Origin: Bacteroidetes bacterium HLUCCA01
GTDB taxonomy: Bacteria; Bacteroidota; Rhodothermia; Balneolales; HLUCCA01
Reading direction: 5' to 3'
Length of the DNA: 64,000 bases
NCBI GenBank assembly: GCA_001314545.1
Contig: LIHN01000018.1
Coordinates: forward strand, 21,084 to 85,083
Shown: positions 1 through 9,100 of the stretch, in pieces
Layout: every line of letters starts with the position of its first letter
Position numbering within the stretch: position 1 is the stretch's first letter
Made by a program: the position numbers and the translations under genes
The notes under the pieces: model-generated
What the model was told of the DNA's origin: nothing
The model's database searches: none
What the model saw: the letters and a program-made list of their open reading frames with translations, nothing else

Positions 1-2453
1 TTGTAGAACGAGCCGTCGAAGAAGGTTCGGATCGCATCCACCTGCCCGGTCTCCAGGTTTTCCAGTCGCATAGTCAGACCGCTCACGCCCTCGGGCTGGT
101 CCCGGAGCATGCGGGTTACCATTCCGTCAATGATACCGGTGCGGACAAAAGCCACATCGATGACTTTAAACTGATTGGGATCGGTGACAATGGAGAATTT
201 TTCACGCACTGCAGTCAGACTCGGATCGCGGACCAGGGCCTCGTTGACCTCCACGTTGTAGGCGTCGTATTGGCGCAGCTGGGTGAAAATAGCGCGGTCT
301 TTTTTGTAGAAGGAACGGGTTCCGGCGCCCACCAGACGAATGGCATTGTTGCCCAGGAGCTCATCGCCGGGTGAAAATCGGCCTGAGCCGTCGTTGTCTA
401 CGAAATTATTGGCTACCAGCGCGGCGCGACCCACCTGCTGGCGGTTGTCAAACACGAAGATATGGTCGTCATGGAAGTAGCCGATGGAGCCCCGTACGGC
501 CTGGTTGATGACCTGACTGCCCCCGGAGGACCGCACCGAGGTGTTGAAACGCGCCGAGGGGATGTCAAAACTCAGCGATATGAACAGGGCATTCTGGTTG
601 TTCGGCACGAAGCGGGTGTAGGAAACCTGCAGCTGACCGGTACTCAGAATCCTGCGGGAGGCGGAAAACTCGACGCGCTCCATACTGCCGAGGTTTTGTC
701 GCCACTCGATCAGGTTCCGGAAGAAGATACCGCGAAGCGGGGCCCACACGTCCGTGGTTCGGGGCGTGGAGTAGCTGGTGGTCAGGGTGTAGCGGTTTTG
801 GGAGAGGGTTTGCCCGGCCACGATACGTTGCAGCGACCGAAATCCGCCGGAGACCGACAACGTCCGGAATCGGGTGGTGACGTTGGCGTTGTAACTGCGC
901 AGACTCAGGTCGGTATATTCGCTGTTGTCGACGCCGGCCCGCACGAACAGTGGGATGAACCGGTTGGGCAGGTTCACAAATCCGCTGAATCCGTACTGAA
1001 AATCCAGGTTGTTGTTGATGGTGCGGTAGGTGCCGCGGTAGTTGTTGAAATAGCCGTTGAAAAAATTACTGTTCAGCGACTGATACGTCACATTGAACTG
1101 CTCGTATTTGGTGGGGGCTACCTGGATGTTGGTAATCACGTCGCGCAGCCATCGGGCACTGTGCTCAGCCACGATGAGCGACTCCTCCTGGGGGCCTTCC
1201 TGGTATTCGGCCCGCAAGCGCAGGGTGTGATTCAGGTTAATTCCGTACGAGGTAGTCAGCACGCCCAGCCAGTAGCCTTCGGGCTGCAGGTTGGTGGCCA
1301 CACTGCGACCTACCGTGGCGGTGTAAAAGTACTCATCGGGCGGGGCGAAGTAGAAGGGGATGTTCAACCGGCGATTCAGCTCACTGACCTGCCCGTCCGG
1401 GGCGTAGACTACCACGCGGATGTCGTTGATTCCGTAGGTAATGGGCAGCCGGACGTTGTACTGCCCGGTTTCATCGACGGTGAAGAAATCAAAAAGGCGG
1501 TCGTTGATAAAAACCTCGACTTCTGAGTCGGGCGAGGCCATTTCAACGAGGTTGAACTCATCAATGACACGGGTGGGATACAGGGGTTCGTTGGTGACGG
1601 AGACGCCCCGGGTGCGTTGTCGGACCAGGTTACCGCGCGGGGCCACATCGCCCACGTAAATCTGTCGCACGAAACCTTTCGGACGGTAATAGCGCCAGCG
1701 GACGTTGCTGAAAACCGCTTCGTCAAAGCCGCCCTGCGACTGCCGCATGCTTACACTGCCCTGCACATCGCCGTGGAGGATTTCAACGCCGCCGGTGAAG
1801 GAGCCGGTTGCCGAGTAATTTTCGAAGTCCTGGGTGTTGGCGTTCAGGTTGTAGTCCAGGAAGCCGCCGTTGAACAGTTTGGGCTGTCGTCCGATCTGCG
1901 GCTGGTAGATTTCGCGGCTGTTGGTTTGCGACTGAATCCGGGCGCGCAGGCGCTGGCGCTCCTGGCGGACCAGGATGGGAACCCGTTCGGAGGTAAAAAG
2001 GCGTACGCTGAGCAGTCCGAGGTCGACCCGGAATTCGAACTCGAAGATTTCCTGATAGATGGCCGGGGAAAGGTAGATATCGAACTGACCCACGATGAAA
2101 TCATCGGCGGTGAAGGTCCCGGAGCGGTCGCGGTACTGCCAGGTCATGGCCGTGAAATCCAGGGCGAAGCTGCTGGCATCGGTGTTGATGTAGCCGGTAA
2201 TGCGCAGGTTATCCCAGTCGGTTTCGTGGTAGATCAGCAGGGGGTCGAACAGTTCGGCGAAGGGCAGGAAGAAGGCATCGTTCTGGTAGATACCGACTAT
2301 ATTTGTGGCGACCAGCTGCATGTACCGGTATTCGAAGAATACCTCGTCGTAATCAGTTGCTGTCTGCGCGCTGGGCGTGGAAAGCGTACTGAAAAAAAAC
2401 GCAATGAGTAAGGTGATTAATTTCAGGGGGGTGCGCATCGGCCGAGGTTTCAT
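1..2453 (-). CDS. Outer-membrane fimbrial usher-like protein (chaperone-usher pathway); partial, 3' end lies beyond the window's left edge
   Basis: Not in the ORF track because it has no stop in the window. Manual translation from ATG at 2453 (alternative in-frame ATG 2438): signal peptide MKPRPMRTPLKLITLLIAFFFSTLSTPSAQ; usher-plug-like segment SPDSEVEVFINDRL...GQYNVRLPITYGINDIRVVVYAPDGQ; many amphipathic beta-strands; late FVDNDGSGRFSPGDE and IRTFFDGSFY motifs typical of usher C-terminal Ig/carboxypeptidase-regulatory-like domains. It lies directly downstream of a chaperone gene. Confidence 0.8.
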   Translation of the reverse strand, partial: MKPRPMRTPLKLITLLIAFFFSTLSTPSAQTATDYDEVFFEYRYMQLVATNIVGIYQNDAFFLPFAELFDPLLIYHETDWDNLRITGYINTDASSFALDFTAMTWQYRDRSGTFTADDFIVGQFDIYLSPAIYQEIFEFEFRVDLGLLSVRLFTSERVPILVRQERQRLRARIQSQTNSREIYQPQIGRQPKLFNGGFLDYNLNANTQDFENYSATGSFTGGVEILHGDVQGSVSMRQSQGGFDEAVFSNVRWRYYRPKGFVRQIYVGDVAPRGNLVRQRTRGVSVTNEPLYPTRVIDEFNLVEMASPDSEVEVFINDRLFDFFTVDETGQYNVRLPITYGINDIRVVVYAPDGQVSELNRRLNIPFYFAPPDEYFYTATVGRSVATNLQPEGYWLGVLTTSYGINLNHTLRLRAEYQEGPQEESLIVAEHSARWLRDVITNIQVAPTKYEQFNVTYQSLNSNFFNGYFNNYRGTYRTINNNLDFQYGFSGFVNLPNRFIPLFVRAGVDNSEYTDLSLRSYNANVTTRFRTLSVSGGFRSLQRIVAGQTLSQNRYTLTTSYSTPRTTDVWAPLRGIFFRNLIEWRQNLGSMERVEFSASRRILSTGQLQVSYTRFVPNNQNALFISLSFDIPSARFNTSVRSSGGSQVINQAVRGSIGYFHDDHIFVFDNRQQVGRAALVANNFVDNDGSGRFSPGDELLGNNAIRLVGAGTRSFYKKDRAIFTQLRQYDAYNVEVNEALVRDPSLTAVREKFSIVTDPNQFKVIDVAFVRTGIIDGMVTRMLRDQPEGVSGLTMRLENLETGQVDAIRTFFDGSFY

Positions 2454-2507
2454 TCAGGCCTGAAAATACGCAATATGGGCGAAATGGCCGCGATGTGTGA
2501 AAGGACT

Positions 2508-3332
2508 CTAATTTACGGAAACAGCGGCTGAAACCGTTAGGGGCGCCATAGGGAAGTTATTGGCGGCGGGTACATCTTGTCGGGCGGCCTGAAAATTCAG
2601 CTCTACGGTGTAATTACCGTTAGGAACGAGGTCTTCAGGGAGGACAAAGTTCCGGAAACCATCCACATAGATACTGGTTACGGAGCGGTCTTCATGGACG
2701 GTTTGTCCGTTTGCGTTAAGGACTTTTAATGTAATGGTTCCCAGGAACGGGGCATTTCCGGTCATATCTACATTGTAGCGGAGCACGCGATTTCCGCGCT
2801 CTTCGTCGAACAGGTAGCCGATTTGGTTCACGTCCATTTCAACGGTGGCATCGCCGCGTTTGTACAGGGCCGCGATGACCTGACGGAATACAAAATTCAA
2901 TTGGGCACCCACAGCGCCCTCTTCAACAGCGGTCACATCCGCGGCCTGGGGCGTAGCTACCACGGCCAGTCGCGTCCAGTAGCCGCCTTCCGGCATGGTA
3001 TTCGGGGCACGGGCCTGGAGCCGGACTACTTGTCGTTGGCCGGGCTGGAGGGTAAAAGCGCGCGGAAAAGCGCGGACAATATCCGTTAAGGAGCGATCAT
3101 TTTCGGTGGCATCCTCATCGAACGCCATGGTCACATAGCCAAGCTCATCGGAAACCGGGTACCCGAACAGGGTTTCGATCTGGATATCCTGGGGCGTATT
3201 GGCGTTGTTGATGATCATTACCGATGAGAAATTATTCTCGAAAAACAGCATCGTGGGCGAGATAGTCACCTGGGCCCGGGCCTGCAGGGCCAGTGCAAAA
3301 GCAAAGAATGCTACGAGGAAGATGCGTTTCAT
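2508..3332 (-). CDS. Periplasmic pilus assembly chaperone (PapD-like N-terminal domain)
   Basis: Signal peptide (ALQARA|Q); VTISPTMLFF, FPRAFTLQPGQRQVVRL and PEGGYWTRLAV motifs typical of chaperone-usher chaperones; 274 aa; lies between the pilins and the usher. Confidence 0.82.
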   Translation of the reverse strand: MKRIFLVAFFAFALALQARAQVTISPTMLFFENNFSSVMIINNANTPQDIQIETLFGYPVSDELGYVTMAFDEDATENDRSLTDIVRAFPRAFTLQPGQRQVVRLQARAPNTMPEGGYWTRLAVVATPQAADVTAVEEGAVGAQLNFVFRQVIAALYKRGDATVEMDVNQIGYLFDEERGNRVLRYNVDMTGNAPFLGTITLKVLNANGQTVHEDRSVTSIYVDGFRNFVLPEDLVPNGNYTVELNFQAARQDVPAANNFPMAPLTVSAAVSVN

Positions 3333-3356
3333 AAAGGTAGACTCTGAATTACGGAT

Positions 3357-3393
3357 AAAAAAAAAGGCTCCTTAATAATAAGGAACCTTTTTT
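3357..3393 (-). terminator. Intrinsic terminator after the putative major pilin
   Basis: Minus strand reads GGTTCCTTA-TTAT-TAAGGAGCC followed by T9, 20 nt after the pilin stop. Confidence 0.8.
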
Positions 3394-3412
3394 GAAGAAA
3401 CTAAAGTGGAGT

Positions 3413-3958
3413 TTAGAGGAAATCGACTGTTACTACTATGACGCCTGCGTATGAATTTCCTGTTTTGTCACCAAGTTCTGTGGCTGAAATAGTTCCACCG
3501 ATATTTAAGGTATTTTCCTCAGCTGAAGACCCTCCTGTACTACTAGCAGCGCCAGGAGTATAACTAACTCGTGTAGTTTCACCTGTGTGATAGTTTAAGG
3601 TAATTTCTAGATCTTCGACGGCAGAAGGAGCACTAGAATCTAAATTATCCAGTGTAAGGACATTTCCTGCAAGAGTTGCACCTGATCCCGCTGTAATTGT
3701 GTATGCGACTGGTGTTCCCGTGTTAACAGTAACTTGCGCTGCGGTTGCACCTGTTCCAACATTAGAGTTTGCAGTCGTTCCATCAGTATTAATAACTGCA
3801 GGGTCTGCTGTATCTGTAATGTTTCCAAATACCAAATCTGATACTTTCGTTAACTCCAATGATGCATTGATTGATGCTGATGCATTAACATTTTCATTGA
3901 CTTGTGCAAAAGCCAAAACTGGCAGTGCGAAGAGAAGGGTAAAGAGTAATTTTTTCAT
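3413..3958 (-). CDS. DUF4402-like pilin subunit, putative major pilin
   Basis: Signal peptide (LAFA|Q); alternating N-terminal strand NVNASASINASL; SDLVFG motif; C-terminal SYAGVIVVTVDF. It has its own upstream regulatory region and downstream terminator. Confidence 0.75.
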   Translation of the reverse strand: MKKLLFTLLFALPVLAFAQVNENVNASASINASLELTKVSDLVFGNITDTADPAVINTDGTTANSNVGTGATAAQVTVNTGTPVAYTITAGSGATLAGNVLTLDNLDSSAPSAVEDLEITLNYHTGETTRVSYTPGAASSTGGSSAEENTLNIGGTISATELGDKTGNSYAGVIVVTVDFL

Positions 3959-4043
3959 GACTGTATTGTTTTGTTGTGTAAGTGTAAAGTCGTTTGTGGG
4001 TTTTGAACTAGTATTAATTTAGGAGAGTAAATTCCTTAATAAA

Positions 4044-4111
4044 ATTAGGTTTCGTTAACTCAAGGGGCATTTGGCGGGCAAATCGACCCATTTTGGTTAG
4101 GAACTCCTAAT
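4044..4111. promoter_or_regulatory. Pair of RTTAR-N6-YTAAY palindromic operators upstream of the major pilin
   Basis: ATTAG-GTTTCG-TTAAC (4044-4059) and GTTAG-GAACTC-CTAAT (4096-4111), 52 bp apart. Confidence 0.7.
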
Positions 4112-4243
4112 TAAGCTTGACATGGTTTCCAATGCATTGTTGGCGTAAACGCACCGCACACTACCGGGTTCCGGGAATGGAATGGCTACATTCAGACGTA
4201 TGCTGCCCGGTTTAATCCATGAATTAAATGAACACACTGCCTA

Positions 4244-4774
4244 TCAATACGTTACTTCGAGGTTGAGCGTTCCCGTGTAGTTACCGCCGGGCACGTCGCC
4301 CACGGTGAGTTTGCCGAACACGTTGATATTGATGTAGATGTATTCGGGTTCGCCGGTCAGTTGTCCGGGTTCGTTGACGCGAACGGCATTGAATCCTTTA
4401 GAGAGCGGCTGCATGGGTCGACCACCCTCTAATCTCGGTGTCTCGGAAATGTAATAGGCGAAGCCCAGCTCCATGTCGATTCCGCACAGGTCTTCCCCGC
4501 ACATGATGCCCTCGGTTTCCAGCTCCAGCTGGTCGGGCGCATCCAGAAACAGTTGCACATCGCTGACATTCAATACCGCCACCTGAAACCAGCCGCTGCC
4601 GTTTTCATCGAGTCCGACCAGGGCTTCGGAGTTCTGCAACATAGACCCGAAGTCCAGCTCCTGTATGGTCGCGGCACTGACTTCGGAGTCGATGTACACA
4701 CTGAATTGCAGGAACTGGGCTTGTGCCGGCAGGGCCAAAAGCAGTGATGCTATGAGTATCAGGGCTACCCGCAT
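4244..4774 (-). CDS. DUF4402-like minor pilin subunit
   Basis: Signal peptide (AQA|Q); ELDFG motif; CxxxxC pair (CGEDLC); C-terminal GNYTGTLNLEVTY; TGATG overlap with the upstream gene. Confidence 0.68.
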   Translation of the reverse strand: MRVALILIASLLLALPAQAQFLQFSVYIDSEVSAATIQELDFGSMLQNSEALVGLDENGSGWFQVAVLNVSDVQLFLDAPDQLELETEGIMCGEDLCGIDMELGFAYYISETPRLEGGRPMQPLSKGFNAVRVNEPGQLTGEPEYIYININVFGKLTVGDVPGGNYTGTLNLEVTY

Positions 4775-5394
4775 CAGTTGTAGGTTACCTCAATGGTCAG
4801 AGTCGACTCATATGCGCCTGCTTGATTCGCCGGATCACTTGTTATGGTGCCATAGATGAACAAGAAGGTTGACACCGCAGCCGGAAGGTTAACCCCGGCA
4901 ATTTCGGGCGTGGGGGGCGGACCGGGCGGAGCGCCGGCCGTGCGGCGGGTCATGGGATATAGCACAGGATTAATGGTAAAGTCGACCGCCTGGGTGGCAT
5001 CGGGCATGGTACCGCCGGAATTATCAAAAGCGAAACCATAGGTGACCGGAATACGGCAATCGACGGTGGTACAGGCCGCGTCCCCGTCCAGGTAAAGAAA
5101 TCCGTTGTTAATGGTCAGTCCGGCTCCGGTGATTTCGATGATCACATCCAAAAACGGAAGCCCTTCAATTTCGAGGATAGCAGCGTCACCGGAATCGATT
5201 TCAACTTCCTTAGGTGGCTGGCCTGCGATTACGGGTCCAAATAGCAGGTCGGGATTGATAGCGGTTATCGTTGCCGAGGTAGAATAATACTGTCCGAAAT
5301 TAATATCCGGTCCGGAGGGATTGGGCGTAAACTGGGCCTGCATCGCCCAGGGCCATGAAAAAACAATCACCATAAAGAGTATGGTGCTGCGCAT
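4774..5394 (-). CDS. DUF4402-like minor pilin subunit with a proline-rich loop
   Basis: Signal peptide; DLLFG motif; CxxxxC pair (CTTVDC); RRTAGAPPGPPPTP insertion; C-terminal GAYESTLTIEVTYN; TGATG overlap. Confidence 0.68.
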   Translation of the reverse strand: MRSTILFMVIVFSWPWAMQAQFTPNPSGPDINFGQYYSTSATITAINPDLLFGPVIAGQPPKEVEIDSGDAAILEIEGLPFLDVIIEITGAGLTINNGFLYLDGDAACTTVDCRIPVTYGFAFDNSGGTMPDATQAVDFTINPVLYPMTRRTAGAPPGPPPTPEIAGVNLPAAVSTFLFIYGTITSDPANQAGAYESTLTIEVTYN

Positions 5395-5939
5395 CAGATA
5401 AAATCGATTTCGATGGTGAATTCCCCTTCGTACTGCCCGAGGATGTCGCCTTCGAGCTGCATGGTGCCTCCGACCCAGAAGAAATACTCGCCGTCTTCAC
5501 TCATCTGCAGATCGCGGTTTTCCAGGGTAATGGGTTCGGAAAGAAATTGATTTTCGGTCTGGGCGCCGCTCACGTCGTAGAGAAAGACCAGCGGAGAGCC
5601 CCCTCCCACCCGGATCAGCTCGCGCTGTTCCTGAAATGATACCCGGAACAGCATGCCCGGACTTCCGGAAACGCGCAGTACACCGGCGCCCGGATCTTCG
5701 CGGGGGTTTACAGTAATGGATTCCTGCCCGGGACTGACCCGACCCAGATTGATATTCGCACGGGTTTCGATGTCGACCGTAGTCTGGATCTGAGCGCTGA
5801 CCGTGATATTGATAAACTGACCGTTATTCTGCCCGTTTTGCCCGTTTTGTGCCATGGTTACACCGGCGGTGGTCAGCAGGAAGACCACAGCGATCAGCAT
5901 CGCAGCCGGGGAGATAGCAGGAAGTCGGACAGCAGGCAT
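5394..5939 (-). CDS. DUF4402-like minor pilin subunit
   Basis: Signal peptide; alternating strand INITVSAQIQ; NINLG motif; C-terminal GQYEGEFTIEIDFI. Confidence 0.68.
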   Translation of the reverse strand: MPAVRLPAISPAAMLIAVVFLLTTAGVTMAQNGQNGQNNGQFINITVSAQIQTTVDIETRANINLGRVSPGQESITVNPREDPGAGVLRVSGSPGMLFRVSFQEQRELIRVGGGSPLVFLYDVSGAQTENQFLSEPITLENRDLQMSEDGEYFFWVGGTMQLEGDILGQYEGEFTIEIDFI

Positions 5940-5960
5940 AAGATTGTAGGTTTTATCGCT

Positions 5961-6048
5961 GATAATTTAGTCTAATGTAGGATTTTAACCGCGCATGACG
6001 CAGTTAAAATTGATTAATAAAGGCCCCGGGCCGTTAGAAAGTGCTAAC
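5961..6048. promoter_or_regulatory. RTTAR-N6-YTAAY operators upstream of the minor-pilin operon
   Basis: GTTAA-AATTGA-TTAAT (6003-6018), GTTAG-AAAGTG-CTAAC (6033-6048), and one-mismatch GATAA-TTTAGT-CTAAT (5961-5976). Confidence 0.7.
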
Positions 6049-6169
6049 CCGCCGGCCGGATTCATCAAATTTGTGCCTGTAGAGGTAACGCGGCGATGTA
6101 CCCGACCATTGCCCGGGTCGGCCCGAAAGGCGATTGGTCCCGGGGAGGACGTACGGTAAGCCCCGGGTC

Positions 6170-9100
6170 TTACCGGATCAGTGTCATTTTCCGGGTGAAA
6201 CTACCCTCGGGGGTGATCATCCTATATATATAGATGCCGCTGGCAACCTGACCGGCATTCCAGCTGACCTCGTAGAACCCGGCCTGGCGAAATTCATCCA
6301 GCAGCACGGCCAGTCGCCGACCGGTGATATCAAAGACTTCCAACCGCACGCGACCGTCGGCGGCCAGTGCGAAGGGCACGGTGGTGGTCGGGTTGAAGGG
6401 ATTGGGATAATTTTGCTGCAACCCGAACCCGGCGGGAATATCCGATGGCGGATTGGTCGGGGTGATGGTGATTATGAACCGGGCACGGGACGGGTTGGAT
6501 TTCATGAGGGCGGGTCCGTCGGTGCGGTCTGCGATGGGGGCTTTGGGATAGGTCATAACCCAAAGGGAATCGGTGCCGGACGCCGATTGCTTGCGCAGGG
6601 TACCGCTGGTGGTCAGGGAAAGGCTGATACCGGCTTCCAGCGCGCTGCGATCGTACACCTCGCCGGTCTGACGGTCTTCCAGTTCGATGACCCAGTCTTC
6701 CGGAAGGTTCTGAAACCGGTTCAGGGCAAGCTCGACCGAACCGCTGAAGCCCTGTCCCTGAACGGTGGCATCCAGATCCATGGGGAGTTCCAGGGTTCGC
6801 GCGAAGCGATCCGGCAGGTTGTTGATGGCCAGGCGGTCGCCATCGGGATTCACGGAGAACAGGGTGATGTAGGTATCCGACAAGGACTCCAGGCGGTACG
6901 CGTCCAGCGGATCGATCCCGGTGCGGGCCTGGTCGGTGAACATGAACAGAGCCCGGCTGCTCAGCGAATCGGTGGTGGTCACCTGAAATTCAATTTCGGG
7001 GTGCGCGGGACGGCGGTAGAACGTTCCGGAAGTGGTGGTCGACCGGGCGGAGGTGTTCACCTGCAATTCGGGGTTATCAGCTGTGGCTTTGACCCAGAAG
7101 CCCTGGAAGGGTTTGATGTAGCCGTTCCCCCATCCTGCTACCCCGTTCCATTCCAGGAAATCGCCGTTGCCGCCGTTGGCCTGCTGGTCCCACACGTAGA
7201 TGGTCGGACTGATATTGGTTTTGGTCCATCCGGAGGCGTCGTTCCAGAAAATGGTTGACAGGTAAGGGTTGCCCACCAGGTTCCAGCCCTCATCGCCGGT
7301 GGCCGTATAGGTGACGGGCAGGCTGACATCGCCGGCGTTTTCCTGACCGATGACTTCCAGGGTGACGGCCGACTGATTATACCGGCTGTCGGTTGGGACG
7401 TCGCCGAAGACGTAGGTAAACAGACCGCGACCGGGGGTCAGGTCGTCGGTGGCGTTGTCCGGGGCCCGCCAGCGCTGGTTATCGGTGCCCTCAAAGGTTT
7501 CATCGTACCAGAGCACACTGGGGATAAGGCTGGAGGAAACGCCGAGATCGCTTCCGGTGAATCCCTGGGTGGTGAGTTCGGAGAACAGGTTGGCGTAATC
7601 GGTATTGATGGGCGAGGAAAGCAGTCGCCAGCCGCCGGGTGTGCCGGAAGGCGGGACCCAGAGTTGTCGCAGAGCGCGCAGCAGTCCGCCGTTGTAGGCG
7701 ATGTTCTCCGCCACGAAGGCCTGATCGGAGCTGACTGTGAGGTTGCCGCTGGTGAGGGTAGCGGTGCCGGTTACCTGCAGATTGTTGGTGAGGGTGACGC
7801 CCGCGGCGTTGCTGACCTGCAGATTCAGCACCGAAGCCGGGAGTCCGCTGCCGGTTATCTGGGCTGCCGCACCGTTGTAGCGGTAGGTGGCATCGGCGCT
7901 GAAGCTCCGGGATGCAGTGCGGATATTGCCGTTGGGGGTATTGGCCGCGATGCCATCTGGCGAGCCGATGCCCAGGGTTCCGCCCTCTTCAAGGGTGAAG
8001 GACCCGTCGCCGAGGATAATCCGGGCGCCGGTGAGCAGGATGCCGGACCCGTCGCCGGTGTCGGTGACGGTGATGGTGCCGCCGGCGTTCAGGGTGACGT
8101 TGGCGGTGAGGGTTACTTCGTGGTCGGTTCCGGCGTTACCGCCGATGATCACGGTGCTGGTCGGACCGGGCGCTTCGCTGTGGGCCGGACCGTCGTGCCC
8201 GGTGACCGACCAGGTGGGGGCGTCCTCGTAGTTGCCGGAAGTCCGGCTATAATAAATGACGGTTCCGTCAAGGCGACCTACCGTGTAGTAGCCATTTTCC
8301 AGATCGTCTGCGTTTACAGCGAACTGCACCCGGTTGACGGCGCTGAACGAAGCCGTTGCCGTGATCACCTGTACGCCGGCCGTCGCGAAGTCGCCATCGG
8401 TGGGATGATAGAGCAGCACGAAGGTATCGTTCGGGTCGGGAACCGGCAGGTTGTAGTCGGTGAAATCAAAGTACACGGCCAGGGTGCCGCCGGTAGTGAC
8501 AACCGATTTTTCCAGGTACCACACACGGTTCCAGCGTTCATAGCTGGACTCCCCGATGGCCAGGGTCGATGCGGCCAGTCCGGTGAGGTTGTTGTGTGCG
8601 GCCATGAGGTAGCGCTGGCTTGCTGTCAGGAAGGTGAAGGCGCCGGTGGCGTTGAAACCGAGTCCGCCGGAGGTGAAGACGGTCTGATTGACCAGATCGG
8701 TGGAGGTGATACGACCGATGCCGCTGAGCTGGTGGTAGAAATCGGGGTCGGGCGGGGTGAAATAGGTGATATTGGCATCGATGCCCACACCCCATCGCGC
8801 GGACAGGTAGTTCTGCAGGAGGATGAATTCGGTGGTGTTGAGCACACGGTCGTGCATGACGACCTCGCCTATCCGACCCCGGAAATAGTCGGTGGTGCGG
8901 AACCGGCCCAGCGCGGCGCCGTTCATGCTGGTGAGGGACTGGGCCGTGCCACCCGAACCGATTTGGGTTCCGTTGCGCCAGAAACGTCGGGATGGGGTGG
9001 GAATGGCGGTGTTCAGATTGAAGGTGTGGAGCTCCCCGTCAATGCTGGTGGTGAAGGCGGGTACGGTGGCGGTGTAGTTATTGCCCCAATGGTGATGTTC

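Noticed and set aside
462-2411. Long plus-strand ORFs 462..1526 and 1617..2411
   Set aside because: Antisense shadows of the minus-strand usher-like gene; V/G/D-rich with no family motifs
5820-5850. QNGQNGQNNGQ micro-repeat in a minor pilin
   Set aside because: Only two or three 9-bp in-frame units in a low-complexity linker; no evidence of a switch
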